This document shows positions 24,758 to 37,313 of a stretch of 64,000 nucleotides of DNA, in pieces. The position numbers and the translations under genes are program-made. Source of the DNA: Mustelus asterias (Eukaryota). The stretch's first letter is position 1. Each line of letters opens with the position of its first letter. The stretch spans positions 248,001-312,000 of the forward strand of contig NW_027590164.1 in the NCBI RefSeq assembly GCF_964213995.1, read 5' to 3'. Under the pieces are notes generated by a model, which was not told where the DNA came from, did not search any database, and saw only the letters and a program-made list of their open reading frames with translations.

Positions 24758-25768
24758 ATGGAGAGACCATGGAAATGTGTGGACTGTGGGAAGGGATACA
24801 GAACCCCATCAGAGCTGGAAGCTCATCGGCGCAGTCACACTGGGGAGAGGCCGTTCATCTGCTCTCAGTGTGAGAAGGGGTTTAATCAGTTATCCAGCTT
24901 ACGGGCACACCAACGAGTTCACACTGGGGAGAGACCATTCACCTGCTCTCAGTGTGGGAAAGGATTCACTCAGTCATCCAACCTGCGGACACACGAACGG
25001 GTTCACACAGGGGAGAGGCCGTTCACTTGCTCTCAATGTGGGAAGGGATTCACTCGATTATCCGACCTGCAGATACACCAGCGAGTTCACACTGGGGAGA
25101 AACCATTCACCTGCTCTCAATGTGGGAAGGGATTCATTCAGTTATCAGACTTGCAGAGACACCAGCGAGTTCACACTGGAGAGAGGCCGTTCACCTGTTC
25201 TCAGTGTAGGAAGGGATTCGCTCGATTATCCGAACTGCGGACACACCAGCGAGTTCACACTGGGGAGAAACCATTCACGTGCTCTCAGTGTGGGAAGGGA
25301 TTCACTGTGTCATCCGACCTGCAGAGACACCAACGAGTTCACACAGGGGAGAAGCCGTTCATTTGCTCTCAGTGTGGGAAGGGATTCACTCAGTTATCCA
25401 ACCTGCAGACACACTAGCGAGTTCACACTGGGGAGAAACCATTCACCTGCTCTCAGTGTGGGAAGGGATTCAGTCGGTCAACCCACCTGCGGACACACCA
25501 GCGAGTTCACACTGGGGAGAGGCCCTTCACCTGCTCTCAGTGTGGGAAGGGTTTCAGCGTTTCATCCCAGCTGCTGAGACACCAGCGAGCTCACACTGGG
25601 GAGAAACCATTCACCTGCTCTCAGTGTGGAAAAGGATTCACTCAGTTATCCAACCTGCGGACACACCAGAGAGTTCACACTGGGGAGAGGCCGTTCACCT
25701 GCTCTCAGTGTGGGAAGGGATTCACTCGGTTAACCCACCTGCGGATACACCAGCAAGTTCACGAGTGA
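24758..25768 (+). pseudogene. C2H2 ZNF gene 2: 12 fingers with a premature TAG in finger 8
   Basis: Acceptor 24407, ATG 24758 (MERPWKC), CAG->TAG at 25415-25417, frame continues to TGA 25768. Could still encode a 7-finger protein. Confidence 0.88.
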
Positions 25769-25996
25769 TGACAGTGGTTGGATTCTGCTGTTATTGTTTC
25801 TGCTCTCAGTTGCATCCAGGACTGCATTTTGTTCATTCTCACAGTTGGTCAATGGGAAGGGTCAGAGGGTTTCTTTGTGCTGGACTGGCTGGTCTCAGCC
25901 TCCAGTGGCTTTTTGTGAATACCTGGTTTCAAATGTCACAAGGATCACAGAGTGACAGGGTGTTAGGAAGTTTCGAGATATTTAGTCAGAAGAAAA

Positions 25997-27045
25997 CAGA
26001 GGTTGGCAGTGCAAAGGTACATTTCTGAATGGAGGGCTGTGACAAATGACGTTCCTCAGGGATCAGTGCTGGGACTTTTGCTGTTTGTAATATATATAAA
26101 TGATTTGGAGGAAAATGTAACTGGTTTGATTGGTAAGTTTGTGGACGACACAAAGGTTGGTGGAATTGCGGATAGCGATGGGGACCGGCAGAGGATACAG
26201 CAGGATATAGATCAGTTGGAGACTTGGGCGGAGAGATGGCAGATGAAGTTTAATCCGGACAAATGTGAGGTAATGCATTTTGGAAGGTCTAATACAGATG
26301 GGAAATATACAGTAAATGGCAGAACCCTTAAGAGTATTCATAGGCAGAGGGATCGAGGTGTACAGGTACACAGGTCATTGAAAGTGGCAATGCAGGTGGA
26401 GAAGATAATCAAGAAGGCATACGGCATGCTTGCCTTCATCGGCCGGGGCATTGAGTTTAAAAATTGGCAAGTCATGTTGCAGCTTTATTGAACCTTTGTT
26501 GGACCGCACTTGGAATCAATTCTGGTCACCACACTACCAGAAGAATGTGGAGGCTTTGGAGAGGGTACGGAAAATATTTATTTGGATGTTGCCTGGTGTG
26601 GAGGGCATTAGCTATGAGGAGAGGTTGGAGAAACTTGGTTTGTTCTCACTGGAACGACGGAGGTTGAGGGGGGCGACCTGATAGAAGTCTACAAGATTAT
26701 GAGGGGCATGGACAGAGTGGATAATCTGAAGCTTTTTCCCAGGGTGGAAGAGTCAATTACTGGGGGCATAGGTTTAAGGTGCGAGGGGCAAGGTTTAAAG
26801 GAGATGTACAAGGCAGGTTTTTTACACAGAGGGTGGTGGGTGCCAGGAACCCGTTGCTGGGGAAGGTAGTGGAAGCAGATAAGATAGTGACTTTTGAGAT
26901 GTGTCTTGACAAATATATGAATAGCATAGGAATAGAGGGATATGGTCCCCGGAAGGGTAGGGGGTTTTAGTTCAGACGGGCAGCATGGTTGCTGCAGGCT
27001 TGGAGGGCCAAAGGGCTTGTTTCTGTGCTGTAATTTTCTTTGTTC
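25997..27045 (+). mobile_element. CR1 3' fragment inserted in copy A only
   Basis: VPQGSVLG, KFVDD, FFTQRVV. Absent at the equivalent site gatatttagtcagcatttctg at 30138 and 51742. Confidence 0.9.
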
Positions 27046-27699
27046 TTCGTTCTGTTTGGAACATCCCAAATGCCCATCCAATTTCCTTTTTAATTGTTTA
27101 TTGTCTCCACTTCCTCCTCCCTCGTAGGCAGCGAGTTCCAGGTCATTACCATTCGCTGCATCAGAATATTCTTCCTAACATCTCAACCCCCCACTGCCCC
27201 CCTTGCACCTCTGACCCAAAATAAGAAATCTGTGTCTCCCCTCGTCCTTGTCCCTTCAGCTAATGGGAACAGCTTTTCTTTGTCCACCTTATCTAAACCT
27301 GTCAGAATCTTGTCCACCTCTATCAAATCTCCCCTCAACCTCCTTTGCTCCAAGGGGAACAACCCCAGCCTGACATCGACAATAAAGAACAAACTAACAG
27401 AATATGTTACTGTCTGAAATCAAATGGGATTGTTTAATTTCTGTTTTAAAGATATTGTGAAGATATTGTCCTGGACAATAAAGGAATTGGAATAACTCAC
27501 CTTGGGAGTGGTTGAATGGAATATATCAATCTGATATCCACGTACAGTCTCGTGAAAGTCTGGAATATGCAGCTGGAAGTCCCTTCCTAACAGCACTGTG
27601 GGTGGACATATACCTCAGGCATTGCAGCAGTTCAAGAAGGGGTTGGGGTTGACCATGGCCAAGGCAGCTACATACAGCCACATATTCTGTTATAATTGA

Positions 27700-28050
27700 A
27701 GGGGCGGCACGGTAGCACAGTGGTGGGGTGGCATGGTAGCTCAGTGGTTAGCACTGCTGCTTCACAGCTCCAGGGACCTGGGTTCAATTCCCGGCTTGGG
27801 TCACTGTCTGTGTGGAGTTTGCACATTTTCCTCGTGTCTGGCTGCTCCGGTTTCCTCCCACAGTCCAAAAATGTGTGGGTTAGGCTGATTGGCTATGCTA
27901 AAATTGCCCCTTAGTGTCCTGGGATGCATAGATTAGAGGGATTCGCAGGTAAAATATGTAGGGATATGGGGGTAGGGCCTGGGTGAGATTGTGGTCGGTG
28001 CAGACTCGATGGGCCGAATGGCCTCTTTCTGTACTGTAGGGTTTCTATGA
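27700..28050 (+). mobile_element. HE1/V-SINE
   Basis: Full length; the empty site is visible in the inverted copy near 43675. Confidence 0.9.
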
Positions 28051-29508
28051 CTGCAGATTGAATGTGAGGCATTGTGGGACTGGACTATCTTGACCATATT
28101 CCTGTGACTGCCCGGAAACTCATGTCTATTTTAGTTTATAATTGAGGTTTTCTGGGAATAAGTTAAATGCGGAAATATTAAGCATCGCCTGGAGGGATTT
28201 GGAATAACTGAGAATTTTATCCCCAGATAAAGAACAAAGATTTTGCTGGTGTTTGGGTGTAACGTGTTTGGGATTTTAAATCAACAAAGATGTTGCCTCT
28301 AAAATCAGTCCTTGTAAGTTGGCTTAAAAAAGGTTGTTATAATGAAGGATCTTGGATCTTATTTTAATCAAGGAGTTGTGAGTTTGTAGCGCTCTGTCGC
28401 TTTAAGAAGCTATAGCTGTGAGAGAGAATGCTGAGGATTCATTGTTTGAAATTGACGAGCTGTGAGAATCTGTGTGTTTTGTTTGTTTTATGTGGATGTT
28501 TGTAGGTATGTTTTATCATTGTTTTGGGCTACATTTGTTAAGGTTTATCTTTCTGGCGGATTAACCTGATCTTGAATCTTTAATTAAAGGCATTTTTGGA
28601 AGTTTAAAAACAGGATCACAAGAACGCTTAAGTAATTAATTTTGGTTATTGTTGTTGTAAAGCACATGCTAAGTTTCTCTGTTTGTGTATGGATGATATT
28701 TGTGGGTTGAACGCTTCAAGCTTTGAGGTTTTCTGTCTGTGATTTAAATCAAACAGATTTCTAAAAAAGGAAGTGTGATTAATAAAACTTTTTTTGTTCA
28801 GAAGTTATGAACCTGGAGCCATATTTACTGGCCAGAGACAGGATTCCAGGATATTTTACTAAACATGTGGGAATTTTAATCCGGATACAATTCACACATG
28901 TGAGAATGAGAGTTTTAATTTGTAATGGTTATTTAAAATTTGACACATGTGAAATGATTCTGACCAATCCTGTGTTGGATTGATCTTGGGTTAAACTTCC
29001 TGTCAGGTCCAAAGATTTATTCCTGACGCAAGTAACATAAAGAAAAGTAAATTCTGGAATTGGATACTGAAGAAAAGAGTTTAAAAAGAGAGATTATTAA
29101 ATAGAAATGTTGCCAGACCATGTGGTCATTAGATTAAAACAAGGGAAGGGTGCTGACGTCCATTTGAGAACTTTTAATCCACCCCATTTCTAACTAAGGG
29201 AGTCTATGTACAAAGAAAGCCCAAGAAAGACCCCCCCCAAGGGGGGTCTGGAAAGCATCATGATGGGGGAACCTGTCCATGAGATGATCACAAAGCTCCA
29301 TAATGCCCAGATACTAATTTTATTGAGCCTATAATGTATGTAATCTATCACCATTCTGATTGGATTGTGTCCAGCCGGGATGGGCTGAGTAACTGGATAA
29401 GAATTGATGATATTCTGTGTTGGGTGGAGTTACACATGGTCAGCCCCTGTGGCTTCTCCCCGCTGGCGTAACTCAATAAACTGTCTGTCGATTGAATCAG
29501 GCACAACA

Positions 29509-29905
29509 CACTGGGAAGAGATACAAAGTGCCCTCTCCACTGGAAGCTCATCGGCGCAGCCACACTGGGGAGAGGCCGTTCACCTGCTGGGTGTGTGGAA
29601 AGGGATTCACTGATTCATCCACTCTGCAGAGACACCAGCAAGTTCACACTGGTGAGAGTGCATTCACCTGCTGTCAGTGTGGGAAGGGATTTACTCAGGT
29701 ATCAAGCCTGCAGACACGCCAGCGAGATCACACTGGGGAGAGACCATACAGCTGCTTTCAGTGTGGGAAGAGATTCACTCGGTCATCCCACCTGCAGAGA
29801 CACCAGCAAGTTCACACTGGGGAGAGGCCATTCACCTGTTCTCAGTGTGGGAAGGGACTTTGTCATTCATCCACCCTGCTGAGACACCAGCGAGTTCACA
29901 AGTGA
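29509..29905 (+). pseudogene. C2H2 ZNF gene 3, 5'-truncated fragment (4 complete fingers)
   Basis: Begins mid finger 1 with no ATG or acceptor; followed by the family 3' UTR. Confidence 0.85.
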
Positions 29906-30269
29906 ATATGGGAATGAGAGTCTGCTGTTATTGTTTCTGCTCTCAATTACATCCGGGACTGCATTTTGTTCAGTCTCACAGTTGGTCAATGGGGAGGGTC
30001 GGGGGGTTTCTTTCTGCTGGACTGGCCGGTCTCACAACTTTGCCTCCAGTGGGCTGATGCTCTTTGAGTCTTGTTGCAAATACCTGGTTTCAAATTTCAC
30101 AAGAATGACAGAGTGACCGGGTGTGAGGAAGTTCAGAGATATTTAGTCAGCATTTCTGTTTGAAATGCCCCAAACGCCCATCCAATTTCCTTTGTAATTG
30201 TTTATTGTCTCCACTTCCTCCACCCTCGTAGGCAGCGAGTTCCAGGTCATTACCATTCGCTGCATCAAA

Positions 30270-31100
30270 ATAATCGCATCATAATTACACCTCCCCCAAT
30301 TATAAACCTTGCCCTGCCGTACGGCCCTATCCCTCTCCATTGCAATAACGAAAGACACCGAATTGTGGTCACTATCTCCAAAGTGCTCTCCCACAAACAA
30401 ACCGAACACTTGGTACTGGGTAATGAAATGGGCCAAGTCCAATGTGGCCCCACCTCTTGTCGGCCTATCCACATATTGTGTCAGGAAACCCTCCTGTACA
30501 CACTGCACAAAAACTGCCCCATCTGAACAATTTGACCTATAAAGGTTCCAATCAATATTTGGAAAGTTAAAGTCACCCATGACAACTACCTTGTGACCTC
30601 CACACCTATCCATAATCTACTTTGCAATTTCTTCCTCCACATCTCTATTACTATTTGGGGGCCTATAGAAAACTCCTCACAACGTGACCGCTCCTTTCCT
30701 ATTTCTAACTTCAGCCCATATTACCTCAGTGGGCAGATCCCCCTCGAACTACCTTTCTGCAGCCGTTAAAGTATCCTTGATTAACAATGCTACTCCTCCA
30801 CCTCTTTTACCACCTTCCCTACTCTTACTGAAACATCTATACCCCAGAACTTCCAACAACCATTCCTGTCCCTGTTCTCACCATGTCTCCGTAATGGCCA
30901 CAACATCGTAGTCCCAAGTACCAATCCACGCTCCAAGTTCATTTGCCTTATTCCGGATGCTCCTTGCATTGAAGTAGACACACTTCAACCCACCTTCCTG
31001 TCTGCCCGTACACTCCTGCGACCTTGATACCCTCCTCAGTACCTCACAACACTCAACACTGGCTTCTGGACGACAGCTCGTTTTCCCATTCCCATTTGAA
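30270..31100 (-). mobile_element. CR1 endonuclease-region fragment
   Basis: GDFNFPNIDW and SDHN motifs; same subfamily as 11627-14117. Confidence 0.9.
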
Positions 31101-31784
31101 AGTTTATTTTTAGAAAGGTAAAATTATGAATAACACTGATGACTTTCACTAACTCCATTGGGTGACCACCCCAAGTAGAAATGTGAATCTTCCTCGGGGT
31201 CCTGAACCAAAGGGGATTTCCCAAAATCCTGCCCCAGGGGCACTCAGTACCTCCACAACTAGAGTCCAACCTGCAAAGCCCAAGATCACTCACAAATCCC
31301 ACTGAGCATTTTAACACAGCTCTCAGCTACAATACAGGTATAAATGTTATACTGTTAGTCAGAACACAGAACATTGTTCAAAAATTCCTATCTTGCCTAT
31401 GTAGGTTTATTATTAAAACTTCACCCAAAGACTTGTCTGTAATCCAGAAACTGTTTGTTCCTCAAACAAGTAAACAACCTTGCTGATATTAGAACCTTGA
31501 TGTGGAGCATTTGATTAACATGTGATTTTACTCTAACGCAGGGTGTTACATCTATCACCCCTTTTACTCAATCTATTCATTCACTCTGGCATTTTCCCCC
31601 TTTTCCTCATTGGCTTAGCACAAGGTAGTTAACTTCCATCCCCCTTACAATCCCCTTCTCACAACTAGTTTTTAGATATAATTGAAGCAGTATAATTGGA
31701 TATAAAAGCAGTGATAACATATAATTGCTGTATAAATTGCATAGATTCAAAAAATTCTCAAGCTGTCCCTTAATGGAGAAATCA

Positions 31785-34700
31785 AAGAGAAATGTAGTAG
31801 TAATTGGGGATAGTGTAGTTAAGGGCATAGACACTGTTCTCTGTGACCAGGATAAGGAATACCATAGGTTGTGTTGCCTGCCTGGTGCTCGGGTCCAGGA
31901 TGTTTCATCTGGGCTGCAGAGGAATTTGGAGTGGGAGAGTGAAAATCCAGTTGTCGTGATCCATGTAGGTGCCAATGACATAGACAAAACAGGAACTAAG
32001 GATCTACAGAGGGAGTATGAAGAGCTCGGGGACAAATTAAAAAGCAGAACCAACAAGGTGGTAATCTCTGGATTACTACCTGAGCCACGTGCGAATTGGC
32101 ACAGGGTTAATAGGATTAAGGAGACGAATGCGTGGCTCAAGGATGGGTGAGGGAGGAATGGGTTCGAATTCATGGGGCATTGGCACCCGTATTTGGGCAG
32201 ATGGGACCTGTATAGATGGGATGGTCTCCGTTTGAACCTTGCTGGGACCAGAGTCATGGAGAATCATATCACTAGGGCTGTAGATCGGGCTTTAAACTAA
32301 TTTATGGGGGGGGGAGGGTGCAGAGGTAAGAGGAATTACGAAATCAATGGTAGAGGAGAGGGAGCGAGTGCAAGTGAATGAGGGCATTCAAGTAGTTAAA
32401 GGAGTAGAGGGCGAGGGAGAGGTTGATAGTGTTTCATCAAATCGGGTCCAGATAAAAGCTGGAATAAAGACAGTTTGCCTGAATGCACGAAACAGTCGGA
32501 ACAAAGTTAATGAGTTGATGGTGCAAATCAGCACAAATGGGTATGATCTAGTGGCCATTACAGAAACGTGGCTGCAGGGAGACCAGGACTGGGAGATGGA
32601 TATCCAGGGGTATCAGGCATTTAGGAAGAATAGACAGGAAGGAAAAGGTGGTGGGGTGGCTTAATATCAGGGTAGTAGTGAGGGATGACATAGGCTCTGA
32701 GGAACAAAATGTGGAATCATTATGGGTAGAGATAAGGAATAGTAGGGGGAGAAAGACACTAGTAGGCGTGGTCTATAGGCCCCCAAATAATAATGTTGAG
32801 GTGGGGCGGGCTATAAACAAGCAAATAATGGATGCGTGCAAAAACGGAACGGCAATAATGATGGGGGACTTCAAACTGCATATTGATTGGCAGACTCAAG
32901 TTGGAAGGAGTGGGATGGAGGAAGAGTTCTTAGAATGCTGTCGGGATAGTTACCTTGAACAGTATGTTACAGAACCGATGAGGGAACGAGTTATCTTAGA
33001 TCTGGTAATGTGTAACGAGGTAGGTAGAATTAAGGATGTTCTTGTGAAGGACTCTCTTGGGTCAAGTGATCACAATGTGGTTGAATTTCTGATACAAATG
33101 GAAGAGGAGAAAGTAGGGTCCCATAACACTGTCCTCTGTTTGAACAGAGAGAAGTACAATAGGATGAGGGCTGAATTGGCTAAGGTGGACTGGGAGAGCA
33201 GACTGGTAGGTAGGACAGCTGAGGAACAGTGGAGCATTTTTAAGGAGATCCTTTTCAGTTCTCAGCAACAATATATTCCGGTGATAAAGAAGGACTGTAA
33301 GAAAAGGGATAACCAGCCATGGATAACGAAGGAAATTAAGGAGAGTATTAAATTAAAGACCGATGCGTACAGAGTGGCCAAAAATAGTGGAGAATCGGAA
33401 GATTGGGAAAACTTTAAGAAACAACAAAGAACGACTAAGAAAGCGATAAAGAAAGGAAAGATAGGTTATGAAGTTAGGCTAGCCCTAAATATAAAAAATG
33501 ATAGTAAAAGCTTTTACAAATATAGAAAAAGGAATAGAGTGGCAAGAGTGAATGTTGGAGCCTTGGAGGACGAGAGGGGGGGATTTAATAGTGGGAAATG
33601 AGGAAATGGCTGAAACTTTAAATAAGTTTTTTGTGTCGGTCTTCACGGTGGAAGACACAAATAGTTTACCGAATATTAACGATAGAGGGTTGGTAGGAGG
33701 AGAGGTACTCAATACAATTAATGTTACCAGGGAGGCAGTGCTTGGTAGACTAACGGGACTGAAGGTGGACAAGTCCCCGGGCCCGGATGGAATGCATCCC
33801 AGGGTACTGAAAGAAATGTCAGAGGTAATAGCGGATGCGTTAGTGATTATTTATCAAAATGCGTTAGATTCTGGGGTAGTGCCGGCGGATTGGAAAACGG
33901 CTAATGTTATGCCGCTGTTTAAAAAAGGAAATAGACAAAAGGCGGGTAACTACAGGCCGGTTAGCTTAACGTCTGTAGTTGGGAAAATGCTGGAATCCAT
34001 CATTAAAGAAGAAATAGCAGGCCATCTGGATAAGAATGGTTCAATTAAGCAGACGCAGCATGGATTCATGAGGGGAAAGTCGTGCTTGACAAACTTGTTG
34101 GATTTTTATGAAGATGTGACTAGTGCGGTTGACGGAGGGGAACCAGTGGAGGCGGTGTTTTTGGATTTCCAAAAGGCGTTTGATAAGGTGCCTCACAAAA
34201 GGTTGCTGAAGAAGATTGGGTCACACGAGTTGGGGGTAGGGTGTTAGCGTGGATTGGGGATTGGCTATCTGACAGGAAGCAGAGAGTCGGAATAAATGGG
34301 TGCTTTTCTGGTTGGCGGATGGTAACTTGTGGCGTGCCGCAGGGATCGGTACTGGGGCCTCAACTATTTACCATTTATATAGACGATCTGGAGGAGGGGA
34401 CTGAGTGTAGGGGAACAAAGTTTGCAGACGACACAAAGATAAGTGGAAAAGTGAATCGTGTGGAGGGCGTAGAAGGTCTGCAGAGTGATTTGGACAGGCT
34501 GAGTGAGTGGGCGAGGATCTGGCAGATGGAGTATAACGTTAACAAATGCGAGGTTATTCACTTTGGAGGAAATAAGAGCAAATTGGATTATTATCTAAAT
34601 GGAAAAAAATTACAACATGCTACTGTGCAAAGGGACCTGGGGGTCCTTGTGCATGAGAAGCAAAAACCCAGTCTGCAGGTGCAACAGGTGATCAAGAAGG

Positions 34701-35363
34701 CAAATGGGATGTTGGCCTATATCGCAAGGGGGATAGAATATAAAAGCAGAGATGTCTTGCTGCATCTGTACAGGGCATTGGTGAGGCTGCAGCTGGAATA
34801 CTGTGTTCAGTATTGGTCCCCTTATTTGCGGAAGGATATATTGGCCTTGGAGGGAGTGCAGAGAAGGTTCACCAGGTTGATACCAGAGATGAGGGGTGTT
34901 GATTATGAGGAGAGACAGAGCAGATTGGGTTTGTACTTGTTGGAATTTAGAAGGCTGAGGGGGGATCTTATAGAGACCTATAAGATAATGAAGGGGCTGG
35001 ATAGGGTAGAGATGGAGAGATTCTTTCCACTTAGAAAGGAAACTAGAACTAGAGGGCACAGCCTCAAAATAAAGGGGGGTCAGTTTAGGACAGAGTTGAG
35101 GAGGAACTTCTTCTCTCAGAGGGTGGTGAATCTCTGGAATTCTCTGCCCACTGAAGTGGTGGAGGCTACCTCGTTGAATATGTTTAAATCACGGAGAGAT
35201 GGATTCCTGATCGGTAAGGGAATTAGGGGTTATAGGGATCAGGCGGGTAAGTGGAACTGATCCACTTCAGATCAGCCATGATCTTATTGAATGGCGGGGC
35301 AGGCTCGAGGGGCTAGATGGCCTACTCCTGCTCCTATTTCTTATGTTCTTCTGTTCTTATGTT
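31785..35363 (+). mobile_element. Near full-length CR1 LINE: SGNH-esterase ORF1 (partial) and APE-RT ORF2, inactivated
   Basis: VIGDS...VIHVGAND (ORF1); LNAR, AITETW, VYRPP, GDF, SDH, QGSVLGP, FADD (ORF2). Stop at 32150, frameshifts near 32660, 33585 and 34240; ttcttatg tail. Confidence 0.96.
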
Positions 35364-35582
35364 AACCTGCTTCATCTTGTAATAATTCTTATTCAGTATT
35401 ATTTCTCCCCCGCCTTTATTTGTCCCAATCCAATATTCCATTGACTTTAATTTGTTCTTCCAGTCAGTTTCTCTGGAGTCTGTGTCAGTGCCTTGATCAT
35501 TTCAAAATGATTTCTTACTCTTCAGGTCATATTAACCATTTCATGTCACGCTGTTAGTCAAGCAGCTGAGAAAGTCCCATTT

Positions 35583-35906
35583 GAATCATAGAATCATTAC
35601 AGTGCAGAAGGAGGCCATTTGGCCCATCGTGTCTGCACTGACCACAATCCCATCCAGGCCCTATCCCCAAAACCCCATTTATTTACCCTGCTAGTCCGCC
35701 TGACGCTATGAAGCAATTTACTATGGCCAATCAACCTAACCTGCATATCTTTGGAGTGTGGGAGGAAACTGGAGCACCTGGAGGAAACCCATACAGATAC
35801 GGAGAGATTGTGCAAACTTCACACAGACAGTCACCCGAGGCCAGAATTGAACCCGGGTCCTTGGCGCTGTGACGAAGCACTGCTAACCATTGTGCCACCG
35901 TGCCAC
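35583..35906 (-). mobile_element. HE1/V-SINE
   Basis: Head, core and tail present. Confidence 0.88.
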
Positions 35907-36425
35907 ACTTCACTCTTCAGTACAGCTGCACTGTGCACTCTCGGATGTTAGTTCATTCACAACTTACAAACCAATTCTGCAATCTCACATCAGTGTTCCA
36001 ATTCCTTCTTTAATTCTCTGTTGGAGTCTCACACTCAGAAGCCATCTTCACACATTTCCCTACATGTTAAATGTTGTCTCTCATGTTGTTGTTATGAACC
36101 AGACATGTACTTTGTCTTGCTTGTTGTTATCTCTCTGTCCTCTCCCACAAATCCTTGTTGTGTATTTGTGAAAGGTTTATCAGGTCTAAAGCGATGGTGC
36201 TGGGTATTTTACCAATCATCATCCTGAATTCCACTCTCTTTCAAAGGATGCACCATCCAATAATTCTGCTGGAAACTTCAAAAGAAAGTCAAAAGCCGGG
36301 GTCAAAGGGGTTTTCCATCTCGACATATTTGCTTATTTCCCCCTGGACAATCCCAATGTCTCAGATGGTGGCCAGATTATAAAATTCAGTTCTCTCAAAT
36401 AGTTCATGGACAAAGAAACAAACAA

Positions 36426-36693
36426 GGGGTGGCACGGTGGCTCGCACTGCTGCCTCACAGCACCAGGGATCTGGGTTTGATTCCCGGCTTGGGTCACTGT
36501 CTGTGTGGAGTTTGCACATTCTCCCCGTGTCTGCGTCGGTTTCCTCCGGGTACTCCGGTTTCCCCCCAAAGACTGAAAGACGTGCTGGTTAGGAGCATTG
36601 TCCCAAACAGGCGCCGGAATGTGGTGACTGGGGGAATTTCACAGTAACGTCATTGCAGTAAGCCTTACTTGTGACACTGATAAATAAACTTTA
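36426..36693 (+). mobile_element. HE1/V-SINE-type element
   Basis: Head, core, aataaactttaaa tail. Confidence 0.85.
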
Positions 36694-36956
36694 AATATCT
36701 CCAAGAAAAAGCTGTCACCTCATTTACCTCGTCTATACTTCCCCTTTACCAGAATGTTCCGTACCCGAATGTATGCATTCCTTTAAACTACACTTTCTGG
36801 AGTGTAGTTCTGGAGAATCTTTTAAAACATGAAACATACTCGTAATATCTTTAAAAAGAAACCAAACATTTCACAGTAACTTCATTGCAGTGTTAATGTA
36901 AGTCTCGTTGTGACGCTAATAAATAAACTTTAAAAACTTTAAGAATATTTGAAGTC

Positions 36957-37313
36957 AAAGTTTATTCATTAATGATAAGTAGGCTTACATTCACACTGCA
37001 ATGAAGTTACTGCGAAAATCCCTTAGTCGCCACACTCCGGCGCCTGCTCTGGCACACTGCGGGAGAATTTAGCATGGCCAATGCACCTAACCAACACGTC
37101 TTTTCGACTGGGAGGAAACTGGAGCACCCGGAGTAAATCCACGCAGACACAGGGAGAACGTGCAGACTCCACCCAGACAGTGACCCAAGTCGGGAATTGA
37201 ACCGGGTCCCTGGCCTATTTGCTACCAAATAAACCTGTTGGACTTTAACCTGGTGTTGTGAGACTTCTTACTGTGAGGCAACAGTGCGAACCATTGTGCC
37301 ACCATGCTGCCCC
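36957..37313 (-). mobile_element. HE1/V-SINE-type element interrupted by a Penelope pLTR end (37217-37274)
   Basis: SINE head is split by ccaaataaacctgttggactttaacctggtgttgtgagacttcttactgtg. Confidence 0.8.

Larger units (their letters stand above)
24270..29500 (+). repeat. ZNF duplication unit copy A (intron end, ZNF exon, 3' UTR, CR1 piece, AT-rich block)
   Basis: Collinear with 50017-53675 (+) and 45655-39545 (-). Confidence 0.88.

Noticed and set aside
24758-25768. 84-bp periodic repeats with variable intervals, resembling a CRISPR array
   Set aside because: They are C2H2 finger codons (28 aa) with TGERP linkers in a vertebrate genome; no cas genes.
24699-26028. Long overlapping alternative-frame ORFs over ZNF exons (TSEFTLGR..., PASSHWGE...)
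   Set aside because: Stop-poor shadow frames produced by the finger repeat, seen over every ZNF here.
31725-32300. Host GDSL/SGNH lipase gene
   Set aside because: It lies directly upstream of CR1 ORF2, and an esterase domain is a known CR1 ORF1 component.
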